In this document: positions 43,457 to 53,534 of the stretch, in pieces
Layout of the letters: every line of letters starts with the position of its first letter
How positions within the stretch are numbered: position 1 is the stretch's first letter
Assembly: GCA_937946835.1 (NCBI GenBank)
Contig: CALFAV010000026.1
Span: forward strand, 39,228-103,227
DNA from: an uncultured Verrucomicrobiae bacterium
Lineage (GTDB): Bacteria; Verrucomicrobiota; Verrucomicrobiia; Limisphaerales; J093
Direction: 5' to 3'
DNA length: 64,000 nt
Translations under genes and position numbers: made by a program
Notes under the pieces: generated by a model
What the model was told of the DNA's origin: nothing
The model's database searches: none
The model's input: the letters and a program-made list of their open reading frames with translations, nothing else

Positions 43457-46219
43457 TCAGGGCCCCGCCGCGGTCTCCCGCTCACCGGTCCGCTGGCGCA
43501 GTTCCTCGATCTTGCGTTCCAAACGCGCCCGCAGGGGAGGCAACTCGCTCACCAGGCGCTGATAAATCCCCAGGGCCACCGTCCACTGTTGCAGGGACTC
43601 GGCCAGCTCCGCCGCCTCCAGCCCGGCCTGCCGCACCCAGGTCGGGTCGGGGGACTCGCCCGCCCGCAGATTGCGGCCGTAGAGGACGTTCAGGAAATGC
43701 GTCATCGCCGCCTCGAATCCGGCCGGCTGCTCGGCCGGGGGCTTGAGCGCCGCCTGCTTTCGCAACACCAGCCCCAGGCCCACCTCCGCCATGCTGCGCA
43801 GGCCCGGCCCGGCGGGGGATTCGAGGACCTTGCGATAGGCCTCGGCCGCGGCGTCGTATCGTTGGGGATCAGCCGTGGCGAGTTGAAGGTTGCAATCGCC
43901 GATGCGACCCCAGGCGCGCGGGGCCAGTTCGTTGGTGGGAAAACGCTCGGCCACCTTGGCAAAGGCATTGATCGCCTCGGCATAGGCGGCCAGCGGATCG
44001 CCCCCCGGCGGCTTGGGCTCCAGCAGGAAGAGGTCGCCCCGATAAATGTACGCCTCGGCCACGACGGGCACGGGCACCCGCGACGAGACCACGCTCAGCG
44101 GCCCATTGGTGATGAGCCAGTCGAAATGCTCCCGGGCGCTTTGCCAGCCCCCGCGGTACACCGCGCACTTGCCCGCCATGAGCCGGGCCCGGTACGGCAG
44201 TTCATCGCCCGGCCGGGCGCGGGCCGGGTCGAGCAACTTGTCCTGGAAGGCCAGTTCCGCGCGGGCGAACTCGCCCTGGTTGAAGAGGTGCTCCGCCACC
44301 AGGTACTGGGCCAGCGGCGCGTTGGGGTCGTCCGGGAAGCGTGCAATGAAATTGGTCAGGAGCGTCAGCGACCCGGGGCCGGGGTCCACCCGATGGGTGA
44401 CGCGGGCCAGGTCGAAGGTGGCCTGGGCCACCAGGCCGGTGGCCGTGGTGTTGGTGGCGTAGTTGGCCAGCCAGGAGGCATAGGCGGAAAGGGCGGCGCC
44501 GTTATCCCCGCGCTGCTCGAAGGCGCGGGCGATGGCCAGGCGCACCGCCGGCACGTGGGGCGAATCCGGGTAGCGCTGAAGGAAGGCCTCATACTGGGCC
44601 CGGGCCGGCTCGGGTTGCCCGGCGCGGGTGTAGGCCTCGGCCAACAGGAGGTCGGCCTGTTCGGCCATTTCGCGGGCCGCCTCGAGGGCGCGCAGCCGAT
44701 CGGCCGCGGTGTGCGCCGCGGCCAGATTCCCCGCGGCGATCCCGGCCCGCACCGCGCCCAGGAGCGCCCGGGCGCGCAAGGGCACGGGGAGCGCAAGGTC
44801 CGCGTGGTTGGTGGCCACCTGCCAAAAGTTGCTCAGGGCGCCGCCGGGGTCGGCCGCGCGCATCTGACATTCCGCCCACTGGAGGCGGGCCGTGGCCTGG
44901 TCCTCGGAGGGGGGCAATCGCCCGGCCGCGTTGCGAAAGGCGGCCAGGGCCTCCGCCAGGCGCGGTGCCCCTTCTTCCCACAGGGTCCAGGCCCGGGCCA
45001 GTTCGGCCTGCGGGGCCAGCGGACCGGGGGGCTGGTTGGTGAGAATTTGGTCAAACAGGGCGCGGGCCTGGGCCAGCCGATTGGTGCGGGCGGCCAGGGT
45101 CTCCGGGGTGGCCGGGGTGCCGGCGTCGCGCAGGCGATAGTAGTCGCGCAACAGCGCCTGGCCGAGCGCCAGGCGCGCCGCTTCGGCGAGTTCATCGAGG
45201 GGAAATTGTTCAATGAACCATTCCAGCCGGGCGCGGGCCGGCTCTGCGGCGGGGGGGCGGCGGGAAAGTTCGATGATCGTGTTCAGCGCCTGCCGGCGCA
45301 ACGGCGGGGGGAGGCCCGGGGGCAAAGCGCGGGCACAGGCCTGGAGGGCGGGGACCCACTGCTCGAGGCCCTCGAACGCGCGGCCTTCCAACAGGGCGGC
45401 CTCCGCCACGCGGGCCGCCGGCAGTTGGTTGGTCACGGCGGACCAGAGGTTGGTGGTAAGGGCCAGGGTTTCCGCAAGCCGGCCGGCGGCAAATTCCACC
45501 TGCGCCAGCAACCAGCGTCGCTCCCAATCGGTGACCGCCGACAGGGACGGTTCGCTCGGGGCAGTCAAGGTCTGGCGGGCGCCGTCCAGGTCTTTGAGTT
45601 CGAGCTGGAGCCGGCCCAGCAACAGCCGGCCGCGTTGCGCCCAGGGGTCGGCGGGCCGGGCCTTGGCGGCGGTCTGGAAAGGGCCTTCGGGGTCGCGCAG
45701 GCGCGCGGCGGCGCGGGCCGGGTCGCCCGCCTGCCAGCGGGCCACTGCTTCCTGCACGGCGGCCTCCAGGCACCGGGGAGAGTTGGGGAATTGTCCGGGC
45801 AGCGCGGCGAAGCCCTCGGCGGCGGCGGCGAAATCGCCCCGGCGCAGTCGCGCCTCCGCCAGCCAGAAGGCGAATTCGTCCGCCAAGGCCCCGGCGGCGG
45901 GGGCGTTGGTTTCCAGCAAACTGATGGCGTCGGCGGCCCGGCCCAGGGCCAGGCGCGCCTGGGCCTGGAGCAATCGGACCTCGGCCAGGTTGGTCGAGTT
46001 GGGGAACTGCGCGGCAAAGGCCGCGGCATCGCGCTCGACCTGGGCGTGCAGGCCGTCTTGGAACATTTTGACCAGGGCCTCCCGGGCGCGGGCTTCGTCC
46101 ACTTCGGCGCCGGGCAGGCACCAGGCCAGCAGGAGCAGGGCGGCCAGCGCCGCCGCCATGCCCCGCAGCGCGGGGCAGGCGGTGAAGGGGGCTTGCTCGG
46201 TGAGTTTCCCCGGACGCAT
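43457..46219 (-). CDS. Tetratricopeptide-repeat protein (YbgF-like TPR arrays), secreted or membrane-anchored
   Basis: Start ATG 46219 (or 46159, MAAALAALLLLAWCLPG). Ala/Leu/Arg-rich 34-residue repeats run throughout (e.g. GDFAAAAEGFAALPGQFPNSPRCLEA, YEAFLQRYPDSPHVPAVRLAIARAF). The 5' part of ORF 43457..46858 overlaps uvrA and is rejected. Confidence 0.65.
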   Translation of the reverse strand: MRPGKLTEQAPFTACPALRGMAAALAALLLLAWCLPGAEVDEARAREALVKMFQDGLHAQVERDAAAFAAQFPNSTNLAEVRLLQAQARLALGRAADAISLLETNAPAAGALADEFAFWLAEARLRRGDFAAAAEGFAALPGQFPNSPRCLEAAVQEAVARWQAGDPARAAARLRDPEGPFQTAAKARPADPWAQRGRLLLGRLQLELKDLDGARQTLTAPSEPSLSAVTDWERRWLLAQVEFAAGRLAETLALTTNLWSAVTNQLPAARVAEAALLEGRAFEGLEQWVPALQACARALPPGLPPPLRRQALNTIIELSRRPPAAEPARARLEWFIEQFPLDELAEAARLALGQALLRDYYRLRDAGTPATPETLAARTNRLAQARALFDQILTNQPPGPLAPQAELARAWTLWEEGAPRLAEALAAFRNAAGRLPPSEDQATARLQWAECQMRAADPGGALSNFWQVATNHADLALPVPLRARALLGAVRAGIAAGNLAAAHTAADRLRALEAAREMAEQADLLLAEAYTRAGQPEPARAQYEAFLQRYPDSPHVPAVRLAIARAFEQRGDNGAALSAYASWLANYATNTTATGLVAQATFDLARVTHRVDPGPGSLTLLTNFIARFPDDPNAPLAQYLVAEHLFNQGEFARAELAFQDKLLDPARARPGDELPYRARLMAGKCAVYRGGWQSAREHFDWLITNGPLSVVSSRVPVPVVAEAYIYRGDLFLLEPKPPGGDPLAAYAEAINAFAKVAERFPTNELAPRAWGRIGDCNLQLATADPQRYDAAAEAYRKVLESPAGPGLRSMAEVGLGLVLRKQAALKPPAEQPAGFEAAMTHFLNVLYGRNLRAGESPDPTWVRQAGLEAAELAESLQQWTVALGIYQRLVSELPPLRARLERKIEELRQRTGERETAAGP

Positions 46220-46248
46220 GAACGGAGGCGAAGATGCCACGCGCGGGG

Positions 46249-49200
46249 TCAGGGCGCCAGCTTGAGCACCTGCCGCAGGTAACGGCCGGTGTGGCTGGCG
46301 GGGCAGCGGGCCACGTCGGCCGGGCGGCCTTCGGCCACCACGCGCCCGCCGCCGGTGCCGCCCTCCGGGCCCAGGTCCACGATCCAGTCGGCGCATTTGA
46401 TCACGTCCAGGTTGTGTTCGATCACGATGAGGGTGTGGCCGGCGGCGCGCAGTTTGAAGAGCACCTCGAGCAGCCTGGCGATGTCGTGGAAGTGCAGGCC
46501 GGTGGTGGGTTCGTCCAACAGGTAGAGCGTGTGGCCGAGCTGGCGCTTGCTCAGTTCGGTGGCCAGCTTCAGGCGCTGGGCCTCGCCGCCGCTCAGGGTG
46601 GTGGCGGGCTGGCCCAGGCGCAGGTAGCCCAGCCCCACCTCCGCCAGGGTCACGCAGGGCTCGTGAATGGCCGGCACGGCCCGGAAAAAGGCCGCCGCTT
46701 CGTCCACGGTCAGGTCCAGCACATCGGCGATGTTCAGGCCCTTGTAGGTGATTTCGAGGGTCTCGCGGTTGTAGCGGCGCCCGCCGCAGGCCTCGCAGGT
46801 GACATAGACCGGGGGCAGGAAATTCATTTCGATCCGGATCAGGCCGTCGCCCTCGCATTTGTGGCAGCGCCCGCTGCGGACGTTGAAGCTGAACCGGCCG
46901 GCGTCGTAGCCGCGCACGCGGGCCGCGGGCAGGCGGGCGAACAGGTCGCGGATGTCGTTGAACATGCCGGTGTAGGTGGCGGGGTTGCTGCGCGGGGTGC
47001 GGCCGATGGGCGACTGGTCCACCACCACCAGCCGGCCCAGGTGCTCGACGCCGCGGATTTCGTCGTGGGCGCCCGGCCGTTCGGTCGCGCCGTAAAGCCG
47101 TCGCGCCAGCGCCCGGCGCAGGATGTCGTCCACCAGCGTGCTTTTGCCCGAGCCGCTGACGCCGGTGACGCAGGTCAGCGCGCCGACCGGGAAGCGGACG
47201 GTGAGGTTTTGGAGGTTGTTCTCGCGGGCGCCGACCACGGTGATCCAGCCGCGTTCGCCGGGGTTTTTGAGCGGCGGGGCCGGCGGGCTGATGGTCAGTT
47301 CGCCGCGCAGATAGCGGCCGGTCAGGGAACGGGGGTTTTGCTCGATTTCGGCCACGGTGCCGGCGGCCACCACTTCGCCGCCCTGGACGCCGGCCCCGGG
47401 GCCGAGGTCCACCACGTAGTCGGCACGGCGGATGGTCTCTGCGTCGTGCTCGACCACGATGACGGAGTTGCCCAGGTCGCGCAGGCCGCAGAGGGTGTCG
47501 AGCAGGCGGGCGTTGTCACGCTGGTGCAGCCCGATGCTGGGCTCGTCCAGGATGTAGAGCACGCCCACCAGGCCGGCGCCGATTTGCGTGGCCAGGCGGA
47601 TGCGCTGGGCCTCGCCGCCGCTCAAGGTGCCGCTTTCCCGGTCCAGCGTCAGGTAGCCCAGCCCCACGTTTTGGAGGAAGCTCAGCCGGGCGCGGATTTC
47701 GTGGATGATGTCTCCGGCCACCTGGCGCTGGTAGGGCGAGAGCGCCGCCTCGAGATCGCGAAAAAACGCCGCGGCTTCATCCACGCTCAGGGCACAAAGG
47801 TCCATGATGGACAGGCCGGGAATTTCGGGGGGCGGGGGGCGGGGGGCGGGCGTCGGGGAGGCCGCGGCGGGCGGAGGCTCCGGGCGGGCCACGGCCGGTT
47901 TTGCCGTCCCCAGGGTGACGGCGAGAATCTCCGGCTTGAGGCGCCGGCCGCCGCAGGCATCGCAGGGCTGGAGGGTCATGAAAGCCTTGAGCCGGTTGCG
48001 GGTAAACTCGCTCTCGCTCTCGGTGTAGAGCCGCTGAAGATTGGGGATCACGCCCTCGAAAGGCCGCGTGACCCTGCTCATTTTGCCGGCGCGCCAGAAG
48101 GTGAACTCGATGGACGTGTCCCCCGAGCCGTACAGGAGCAGGCGACGAAACTCGGCCGGGAGGTCTTTGAACGGGGTTTCGAGGCTCACCCCGGCGTGTG
48201 CGGCCACGCCTTTGAGGAGGCTTTTGTAATAGACCACCATCCGCTTGCCGCCGCGCCGCCAGGGCAGGATGGCGCCGGCCTCCAGCGACTTGCCCGGGTC
48301 GGGCACCACCAGGGTTTCGTCAAAAACGTACTTCTGGCCCAGGCCGTGGCACACCGGGCAGGCCCCCTGGGGGGAGTTGAACGAAAAGTGTTTCGGCGTG
48401 GGGCGCTCGTAACTCAGCCCGGTGGCCGGGGAGTACAGGCGGGTCGAGAGCAGCGTCTCGGTCCAGCCGTCGGATTCCCGATTCCGGACGCCCGCAGCCG
48501 GCCCGGTCGCCGGCCCCTCCGGCTTGCGGTCGCCGGCCTCCGGCCCCTGACTCAGCACCAGCACCCGGCCCTCGCCCCACTTGAGGGCGGTTTCCACCGA
48601 GTCGCTCAGGCGCGTCCGCACGCTGGCGTCCACCACCAGGCGGTCCACCACCGCCTCGATGGTGTGGGGTTGCTTCGGGTCGAGTTTGTAACGGACGTTG
48701 GCGTTAAGCTCGACCAGGTGCCCGTCCACGCGCGCGCGCACGAAGCCCTCCCGCCCCAGCCGCTCGAGCACGTCGCGGAATTCGCCCTTTTGCCCCCGCA
48801 CCACCGGGGCGAGGATCATCACCCGCGCCCGCGGGGGCAGGGCCAGGATGTGGTCCACGATGTCGCTGGGGGTCAGGGCGGTGAGGGGGTGGCCGCTGAC
48901 CGGGCAATGGGGTTGGCCCAGGTGGGCGTAAAGCAGGCGCAGGTAGTCGTAAATCTCGGTGGTGGTCGCGATGAGCGAGCGCGGGTTGGCGCCGGCGGTG
49001 CGCTGTTCGATGGCGATGGCCGGCGACAACCCCTCGATGAAGTCCACGTCCGGCTTTTCCAACTGGTCCAGGAACTGGCGCGCGTAGGCCGACAGTGACT
49101 CCATGTAGCGGCGCTGGCCCTCGGCGAAGAGGGTGTCGAACGCCAGCGAGGATTTGCCCGAGCCGCTGACGCCCGTGATGACCACCAGTTTGTCGCGCGG

Positions 49201-49269
49201 GATTTCCAGCGACAGGTTCTTGAGGTTGTGAACCCGCGCGCCGCCGATGCGAATGAACTCTCTGGCCAT
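46249..49269 (-). CDS. uvrA: Excinuclease ABC subunit A
   Basis: [55 protein letters not shown]. Two ABC signatures LSGGEAQR. Zn-finger Cys pairs ([22 protein letters not shown]). Second Walker [11 protein letters not shown]. Confidence 0.95.
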   Translation of the reverse strand: MAREFIRIGGARVHNLKNLSLEIPRDKLVVITGVSGSGKSSLAFDTLFAEGQRRYMESLSAYARQFLDQLEKPDVDFIEGLSPAIAIEQRTAGANPRSLIATTTEIYDYLRLLYAHLGQPHCPVSGHPLTALTPSDIVDHILALPPRARVMILAPVVRGQKGEFRDVLERLGREGFVRARVDGHLVELNANVRYKLDPKQPHTIEAVVDRLVVDASVRTRLSDSVETALKWGEGRVLVLSQGPEAGDRKPEGPATGPAAGVRNRESDGWTETLLSTRLYSPATGLSYERPTPKHFSFNSPQGACPVCHGLGQKYVFDETLVVPDPGKSLEAGAILPWRRGGKRMVVYYKSLLKGVAAHAGVSLETPFKDLPAEFRRLLLYGSGDTSIEFTFWRAGKMSRVTRPFEGVIPNLQRLYTESESEFTRNRLKAFMTLQPCDACGGRRLKPEILAVTLGTAKPAVARPEPPPAAASPTPAPRPPPPEIPGLSIMDLCALSVDEAAAFFRDLEAALSPYQRQVAGDIIHEIRARLSFLQNVGLGYLTLDRESGTLSGGEAQRIRLATQIGAGLVGVLYILDEPSIGLHQRDNARLLDTLCGLRDLGNSVIVVEHDAETIRRADYVVDLGPGAGVQGGEVVAAGTVAEIEQNPRSLTGRYLRGELTISPPAPPLKNPGERGWITVVGARENNLQNLTVRFPVGALTCVTGVSGSGKSTLVDDILRRALARRLYGATERPGAHDEIRGVEHLGRLVVVDQSPIGRTPRSNPATYTGMFNDIRDLFARLPAARVRGYDAGRFSFNVRSGRCHKCEGDGLIRIEMNFLPPVYVTCEACGGRRYNRETLEITYKGLNIADVLDLTVDEAAAFFRAVPAIHEPCVTLAEVGLGYLRLGQPATTLSGGEAQRLKLATELSKRQLGHTLYLLDEPTTGLHFHDIARLLEVLFKLRAAGHTLIVIEHNLDVIKCADWIVDLGPEGGTGGGRVVAEGRPADVARCPASHTGRYLRQVLKLAP
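47827..47858 (+). repeat. G-tract repeat (GGGGGGC x3, then GGG and GGGG) on the non-coding strand of uvrA
   Basis: Read directly: ggggggc ggggggc ggggggc ggg cgtc gggg. It encodes ...[13 protein letters not shown]... within a Pro/Ala-rich stretch of UvrA. Confidence 0.9.
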
Positions 49270-49620
49270 AACTGCGCCGTCCCGCAAGGCGGGTAACCGG
49301 GCAGCCTAGCGGCGGCCGGAAGGGCCCGCAAGGCAGGGGTCCCAGATGCTGCGGGTGCCGGGCCGTGAGCTTCACACCCGCGGTTTATCCCGCGCCCCCG
49401 TCCGCGGCCAAGGGCGGCGGGAAATTTCCCCGTTGCGCGGCATTGCCCCGCTCCGGGGGTGGGGCCCGCGTGCCGGGAGACGTTGCCGGGAGAAAACGGC
49501 CTTGCGTTCCTCCATGCGGCCAGTATCTCCTTGCCTGAATCCATTCCCTGTTTACGTAGGCCTGACGGGTGTCGGGCCATTTTCGGGGAAGGCGTGAACC
49601 CAAAACCAAACAAACAACCG

Positions 49621-51594
49621 ATGAAGACCCCAAGCATTCCATGCCGCGTCGGGTGGATTTTGACCGGCGTGTGCACACTGGCGCTGGTTTTCAGCGCCCC
49701 GGGCCGGGCCGACCTCCGGGAGGGCCTGGTTTCCTACTGGCCGTTGGACGAGGTGGTGGGGACCAAGACTCCGGACCTGGCCAGCGGGTATGACCTGGAA
49801 CTGGCCAACCTGACCGCCGCCGACCTGGTGGACGGCAAGCGGGGCAAGGCCTTCCAGTTTGACAACGCCCGCCAGACCATGCTCCGGCGTCTCAGCAGTC
49901 CGGGCGAGCAGTTGCCCATCAACCAGCATCCGGCCTTCACCATCACCTTCTGGGCGAAGGTCACCGGCACCGGGCTGAACGACCTGCGGCTGTTTTCGGA
50001 GGCCAGCACCACGGACAACAACCCGCTCTTCAACCTGGGCACGGCCAACAACGGGGCCAGCGGGCAGTTGGACTTTTACTTCCGGCAGAGCGGCTGGGCC
50101 ACGGTGGACCATCTCAAAAGTGTGGGCGAGCCGCTGGACGGGACCTGGCGGCACATCACCTTTGTGCAGCAGGCGGATGGGAGCCGGGCGCTGTACGTGG
50201 ACGGGGTGCGGGATGCGGTGGAGATCCCGGCCAAGGAGCCGGGGGCTTGGCGGGTGAACACGACCTCGATCGGGGGCATCCTGCGGGCCAACCCGACGCA
50301 CTGGCTGACGGGGGTGATGGATGAAGTGGCCCTCTGGAGCCGCGCCCTCTCCGAAGCCGAAATCCAACAGGTGGTCACCCAGGGCGTGCCCGTGCCGTAC
50401 ACGAAACCATTGCCGCTGGTGGTGCGTTCGTTCACGGCAGACCTGCCCGCCGTCGCGGCCGGTGACAAGGTCTGGCTGCGCTGGGACGTGACCAAAAACG
50501 TCCAGGTCGAGATAGACCAGGGCGTGGGCGACGTGACAGCGCAAACGGTAGCGGGTCTCGGGGCCATCGAGGTGACCGTGCCGGTCAGTCGCACCTTTAC
50601 GCTGACCTTGCGGCGCGGGGTCGAAACCGCCACCGCCCAGGTGAGCGTGGCCGCCATCAGCGGCGTGGCCAACGGCTGGAGCCTGGTGGACAACTTTGAC
50701 CGCTACCCGGAGGGCCTGCTCAACGGCCAGGGCGGGTGGAAGGACCTGGATGCCACCGAATTCGCCGTGGTCAGCATCAATGGGAATCCCATGGCCGCGC
50801 CCCGCGTTGGTAACGCCACCGCGGTCCTGCGCCTGAACGCCCTGACCGTGGCGGAGGGCCAGCAACGCACCCTGTTTTTCCGGGTGTTCCGCACCGGCGA
50901 TGCCTTTGAGCCGGCCAAGGGCATGGTGGCGTTGACCGACCGCAACGTGCGCTTCGGCAGTGACGTGGGCGCCAGCGGCAACGACATCGGCCCGGGGGCC
51001 ATCGTCAGTGATGAACTCGGCTGGGGCCTGATGCTCGGCGGGGCCAACGGCAACGGCATGCCGGTCGAGTTCTTCGAGCCGATCCTGGACCCGGACACGG
51101 TGTACAACGTGTGGGTGGACATCACCAACGGACCGTTCCCCGAAGACCGCTCCTCCACCGGGGACACCTACACCATCCACGTGGCGAAGGAAGGCACGGC
51201 CCAGCGCACCACCGTGCTCACCGAATATGTTTCGGCCCGCGGTCAGGGGGCGCCCGACGTGGGCTTCGCCACCGAGCACCTGGACAAACTGATCCTGGGC
51301 GGGTTGAGCGGTCACAGCACCACCACGAACCTGTTCTTCGACGACATTTATCTGAGCAAGTCCGGGTTCCTGAACACGGTGCCGCGGCCGGCCGGCTTCA
51401 CCACGCCGGTGCCGGGACAGCCGCCCAGCCTGAGCATCGCCCGCAGCGGCAACCAGGTCACCGTGAGCTGGAGCGCCGGCACGCTCGAATCCGCCCCGGC
51501 GGTCACGGGGCCGTGGGCGCCGGTGGCCGGCGCCAACTCGCCGTACACCACCCCGGCCGCAGAGGCCGCGCGGTTCTATCGCGCCCGCCAGTAA
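49621..51594 (+). CDS. Secreted LamG (concanavalin A-like lectin) domain protein
   Basis: Start ATG 49621 with signal peptide MKTPSIPCRVGWILTGVCTLALVFSAPGRA. LamG-like segment LVSYWPLDEVVG...FTITFWAKV...WRHITFVQQADGSRALYVDGV...MDEVALWSRALSEAEI. Ends ARFYRARQ. Confidence 0.8.
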   Translation: MKTPSIPCRVGWILTGVCTLALVFSAPGRADLREGLVSYWPLDEVVGTKTPDLASGYDLELANLTAADLVDGKRGKAFQFDNARQTMLRRLSSPGEQLPINQHPAFTITFWAKVTGTGLNDLRLFSEASTTDNNPLFNLGTANNGASGQLDFYFRQSGWATVDHLKSVGEPLDGTWRHITFVQQADGSRALYVDGVRDAVEIPAKEPGAWRVNTTSIGGILRANPTHWLTGVMDEVALWSRALSEAEIQQVVTQGVPVPYTKPLPLVVRSFTADLPAVAAGDKVWLRWDVTKNVQVEIDQGVGDVTAQTVAGLGAIEVTVPVSRTFTLTLRRGVETATAQVSVAAISGVANGWSLVDNFDRYPEGLLNGQGGWKDLDATEFAVVSINGNPMAAPRVGNATAVLRLNALTVAEGQQRTLFFRVFRTGDAFEPAKGMVALTDRNVRFGSDVGASGNDIGPGAIVSDELGWGLMLGGANGNGMPVEFFEPILDPDTVYNVWVDITNGPFPEDRSSTGDTYTIHVAKEGTAQRTTVLTEYVSARGQGAPDVGFATEHLDKLILGGLSGHSTTTNLFFDDIYLSKSGFLNTVPRPAGFTTPVPGQPPSLSIARSGNQVTVSWSAGTLESAPAVTGPWAPVAGANSPYTTPAAEAARFYRARQ

Positions 51595-51617
51595 GGCGGG
51601 TCACACCGAAATCCCAC

Positions 51618-51659
51618 GCTGCGGCCGGTTGACGTGGCCGGCCGCAGCCTTTTTCTTTT
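51618..51659 (+). terminator. Strong intrinsic terminator after the LamG gene
   Basis: gctgcggccgg-ttgacgtgg-ccggccgcagc forms an 11-bp stem at 51618-51648, followed by ctttttctttt. It lies 24 nt after the 51594 stop. Confidence 0.75.
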
Positions 51660-51663
51660 ACCC

Positions 51664-52446
51664 ATGAAAGCCCCGGTTCCCCGCACGCTCGGGAGGTCCG
51701 TTCCTCGCCGGCCAGCCGCCGACGGTTTCACGCTGATCGAGCTGCTGGTGGTCATTGCCATCATCGCCATCCTGGCGGGGATGCTCCTGCCCGCCCTGAG
51801 CCGGGCCAAGGAGTCGGGCAAACGCGCCGCCTGCCTCAACAACCTGCGCCAGATCGGCATCGGCATGAACGTGTATGCCCTGGACAACCAGGACCGCGTG
51901 GTCGAGGCGCGCTTCAACCAGGTCCAGATTTGCCTCAACCCGCCCGAGGAACGCGCCGCCGCCACCGTCGGGCTCACCATCTCAACCAACAAGTCCGCAC
52001 CCCAAATCTGGACCTGCCCGAACCGCCCCGGCTTCCCGAACTACGAGGCCGAGTACCCGCAGTGGGTCATCGGCTTCCAGTACTTTGGCGGCATCACCAA
52101 CTGGATGAACCCGGCCGGTACGTTCCCCTCGCGCAGCCCGGTCAAAACCAGCGCCTCCGGTCCGGGCTGGGTGCTGGCGGCCGATGCCGTGATGAAGGTT
52201 GACGGCCGCTGGGGCGGCGGGCGCGATTCCGCCTTCAAGGGCATGCCCCCGCACAAGGCCGCCTCCGGGATTCCGGCCGGGGGCAACCACGTGCACATGG
52301 ACGGCTCGGCCCGCTGGGTGAAATTCGAGAAGATGCTCTTCCTGCACAGTTGGAACACCGGCGGCAGTCGCGACGCCTACTTCTACCAGGAAGACATCGG
52401 TCCGGAGCTGGAGAAGCAAATCGCCCGCCTGCGCCCCCGGCCGTGA
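51664..52446 (+). CDS. Prepilin-type N-terminal cleavage/methylation domain protein (DUF1559-like pseudopilin)
   Basis: Class III signal G|[30 protein letters not shown]-terminal [14 protein letters not shown] resembles the GG-N-x-x-F-x-DG-[SH]-V end of DUF1559 proteins. Start ATG 51664; the GTG at 51634 lies inside the terminator hairpin. Confidence 0.85.
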   Translation: MKAPVPRTLGRSVPRRPAADGFTLIELLVVIAIIAILAGMLLPALSRAKESGKRAACLNNLRQIGIGMNVYALDNQDRVVEARFNQVQICLNPPEERAAATVGLTISTNKSAPQIWTCPNRPGFPNYEAEYPQWVIGFQYFGGITNWMNPAGTFPSRSPVKTSASGPGWVLAADAVMKVDGRWGGGRDSAFKGMPPHKAASGIPAGGNHVHMDGSARWVKFEKMLFLHSWNTGGSRDAYFYQEDIGPELEKQIARLRPRP

Positions 52447-52521
52447 GCCGCTACGCGGTTCGCCTCACGCGCAAGGCTGTCCCGCTTTGGCCCCATTCGC
52501 CCGCCGTGCAACAGCCGGTGT

Positions 52522-53463
52522 TCACTGCGTCTCCCCCCGGGTCACCCGCAGGAAGACCTCTTCCAGGCCCAACTCGTCCTCGCGCAACTCGATCAGGCGC
52601 GCTCCCCCCTTGACCAGCACCTCGGCCACGAGGCTGTGATCGGTCTCGTGGCTGGACAGGGTCACCTTCAAGGCGCCATCCGCCGACACCACTTCCGCCA
52701 CCTCCGGATGGGACCGGAGCAGTTGCACCGCCTGTTCGGCATCGCTGGACACCTTGACCCAGACCACCCGGCCCCGGGCCATCTGGTCGCGCACGCCCTG
52801 GACCGGGCCGCTGTAAATGAGCCGGCCCTTTTCGATGATGGCCACGCGGTTGCACAGGGTCTGCAGCTCGCTGAGGATGTGCGAGGAGATGATGATGGTT
52901 TTGCCCAGGCGCTGCAGTTCCTGGAGGATGGCCATCATCTCGATGCGCGCCCGCGGGTCCAGGCCGCTGGCCGGCTCGTCCAAGAGCAGCACCTGGGGAT
53001 CATGGATGAGCACGCGCGCCAGGCCCAGACGCTGCTGCATGCCGCGGCTGAGCGCGCCAATGATCGCGCCGCGCTTCTCGGACAGGCCGACCAGCTCGAG
53101 CACGTCGTTGACGGTCTTCTCGCGCTGGCGGGCCGGGATCTTGTAACAGGCGCCGAAGAAATCCAGGTACTCGGTCACCTCCATGTCCTTGTACACGCCG
53201 AAAAAGTCCGGCATGTAGCCGATGACGTGGCGCACGGCATCGGCGTCCCGCACCACGTCGTGGCCCAGGATGCGCGCCGTGCCGCTGGAGGGGGCCAGGA
53301 ACGTGGCCAGAATGCGCAGCGTGGTGGTCTTGCCGGCGCCGTTCGAGCCGATGAAGCCGAACAGGTCGGCCTTGTGCACCGTGAGGTTGAGCTGGTTGAC
53401 CGCCACGGTGTCACCGTAGCGGCGGGTCAGCTCGAAGGTTTGAACGGCAGGCTCGGGTTCCAT
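52522..53463 (-). CDS. ABC transporter ATP-binding protein (ABC-2/DrrA-like, with C-terminal accessory domain)
   Basis: Start ATG 53463 (MEPEPAVQTFELTRRYG). Walker A GSNGAGKTTT, signature LSRGMQQRLGLARVL, Walker B VLLLDEPASGLD, H-loop ISSHIL. Confidence 0.85.
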   Translation of the reverse strand: MEPEPAVQTFELTRRYGDTVAVNQLNLTVHKADLFGFIGSNGAGKTTTLRILATFLAPSSGTARILGHDVVRDADAVRHVIGYMPDFFGVYKDMEVTEYLDFFGACYKIPARQREKTVNDVLELVGLSEKRGAIIGALSRGMQQRLGLARVLIHDPQVLLLDEPASGLDPRARIEMMAILQELQRLGKTIIISSHILSELQTLCNRVAIIEKGRLIYSGPVQGVRDQMARGRVVWVKVSSDAEQAVQLLRSHPEVAEVVSADGALKVTLSSHETDHSLVAEVLVKGGARLIELREDELGLEEVFLRVTRGETQ

Positions 53464-53534
53464 GATCAACGGGTTGGCGCGCCAACGCCCCCGCTCGGGC
53501 GTGGACAAAAACATGCGGGCAAAGCGGGCACGGT

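Noticed and set aside
46220-46858. N-terminal ~210 codons of ORF 43457..46858
   Set aside because: This part overlaps the 3' end of uvrA in another frame and translates to Arg/Pro/Gly junk. The signal-like MRPGK.../MAAALAALLLLAWCL start at 46219/46159 lies just downstream of the uvrA stop (46249).
47827-47858. G-rich heptamer repeat considered as a CRISPR or tandem-repeat locus
   Set aside because: There are only three 7-nt units with no spacers, entirely inside the uvrA coding sequence. It is reported as a coding low-complexity/G4 motif. No CRISPR-like array was seen anywhere in the window.
43067-49098. Plus-strand ORFs 43067..46282 (1071 aa) and 46234..49098 (954 aa)
   Set aside because: They are antisense to the TPR protein and to uvrA. 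The UvrA motifs on the minus strand are unambiguous, and the plus-strand products are Gly/Arg-rich with no domain signatures.
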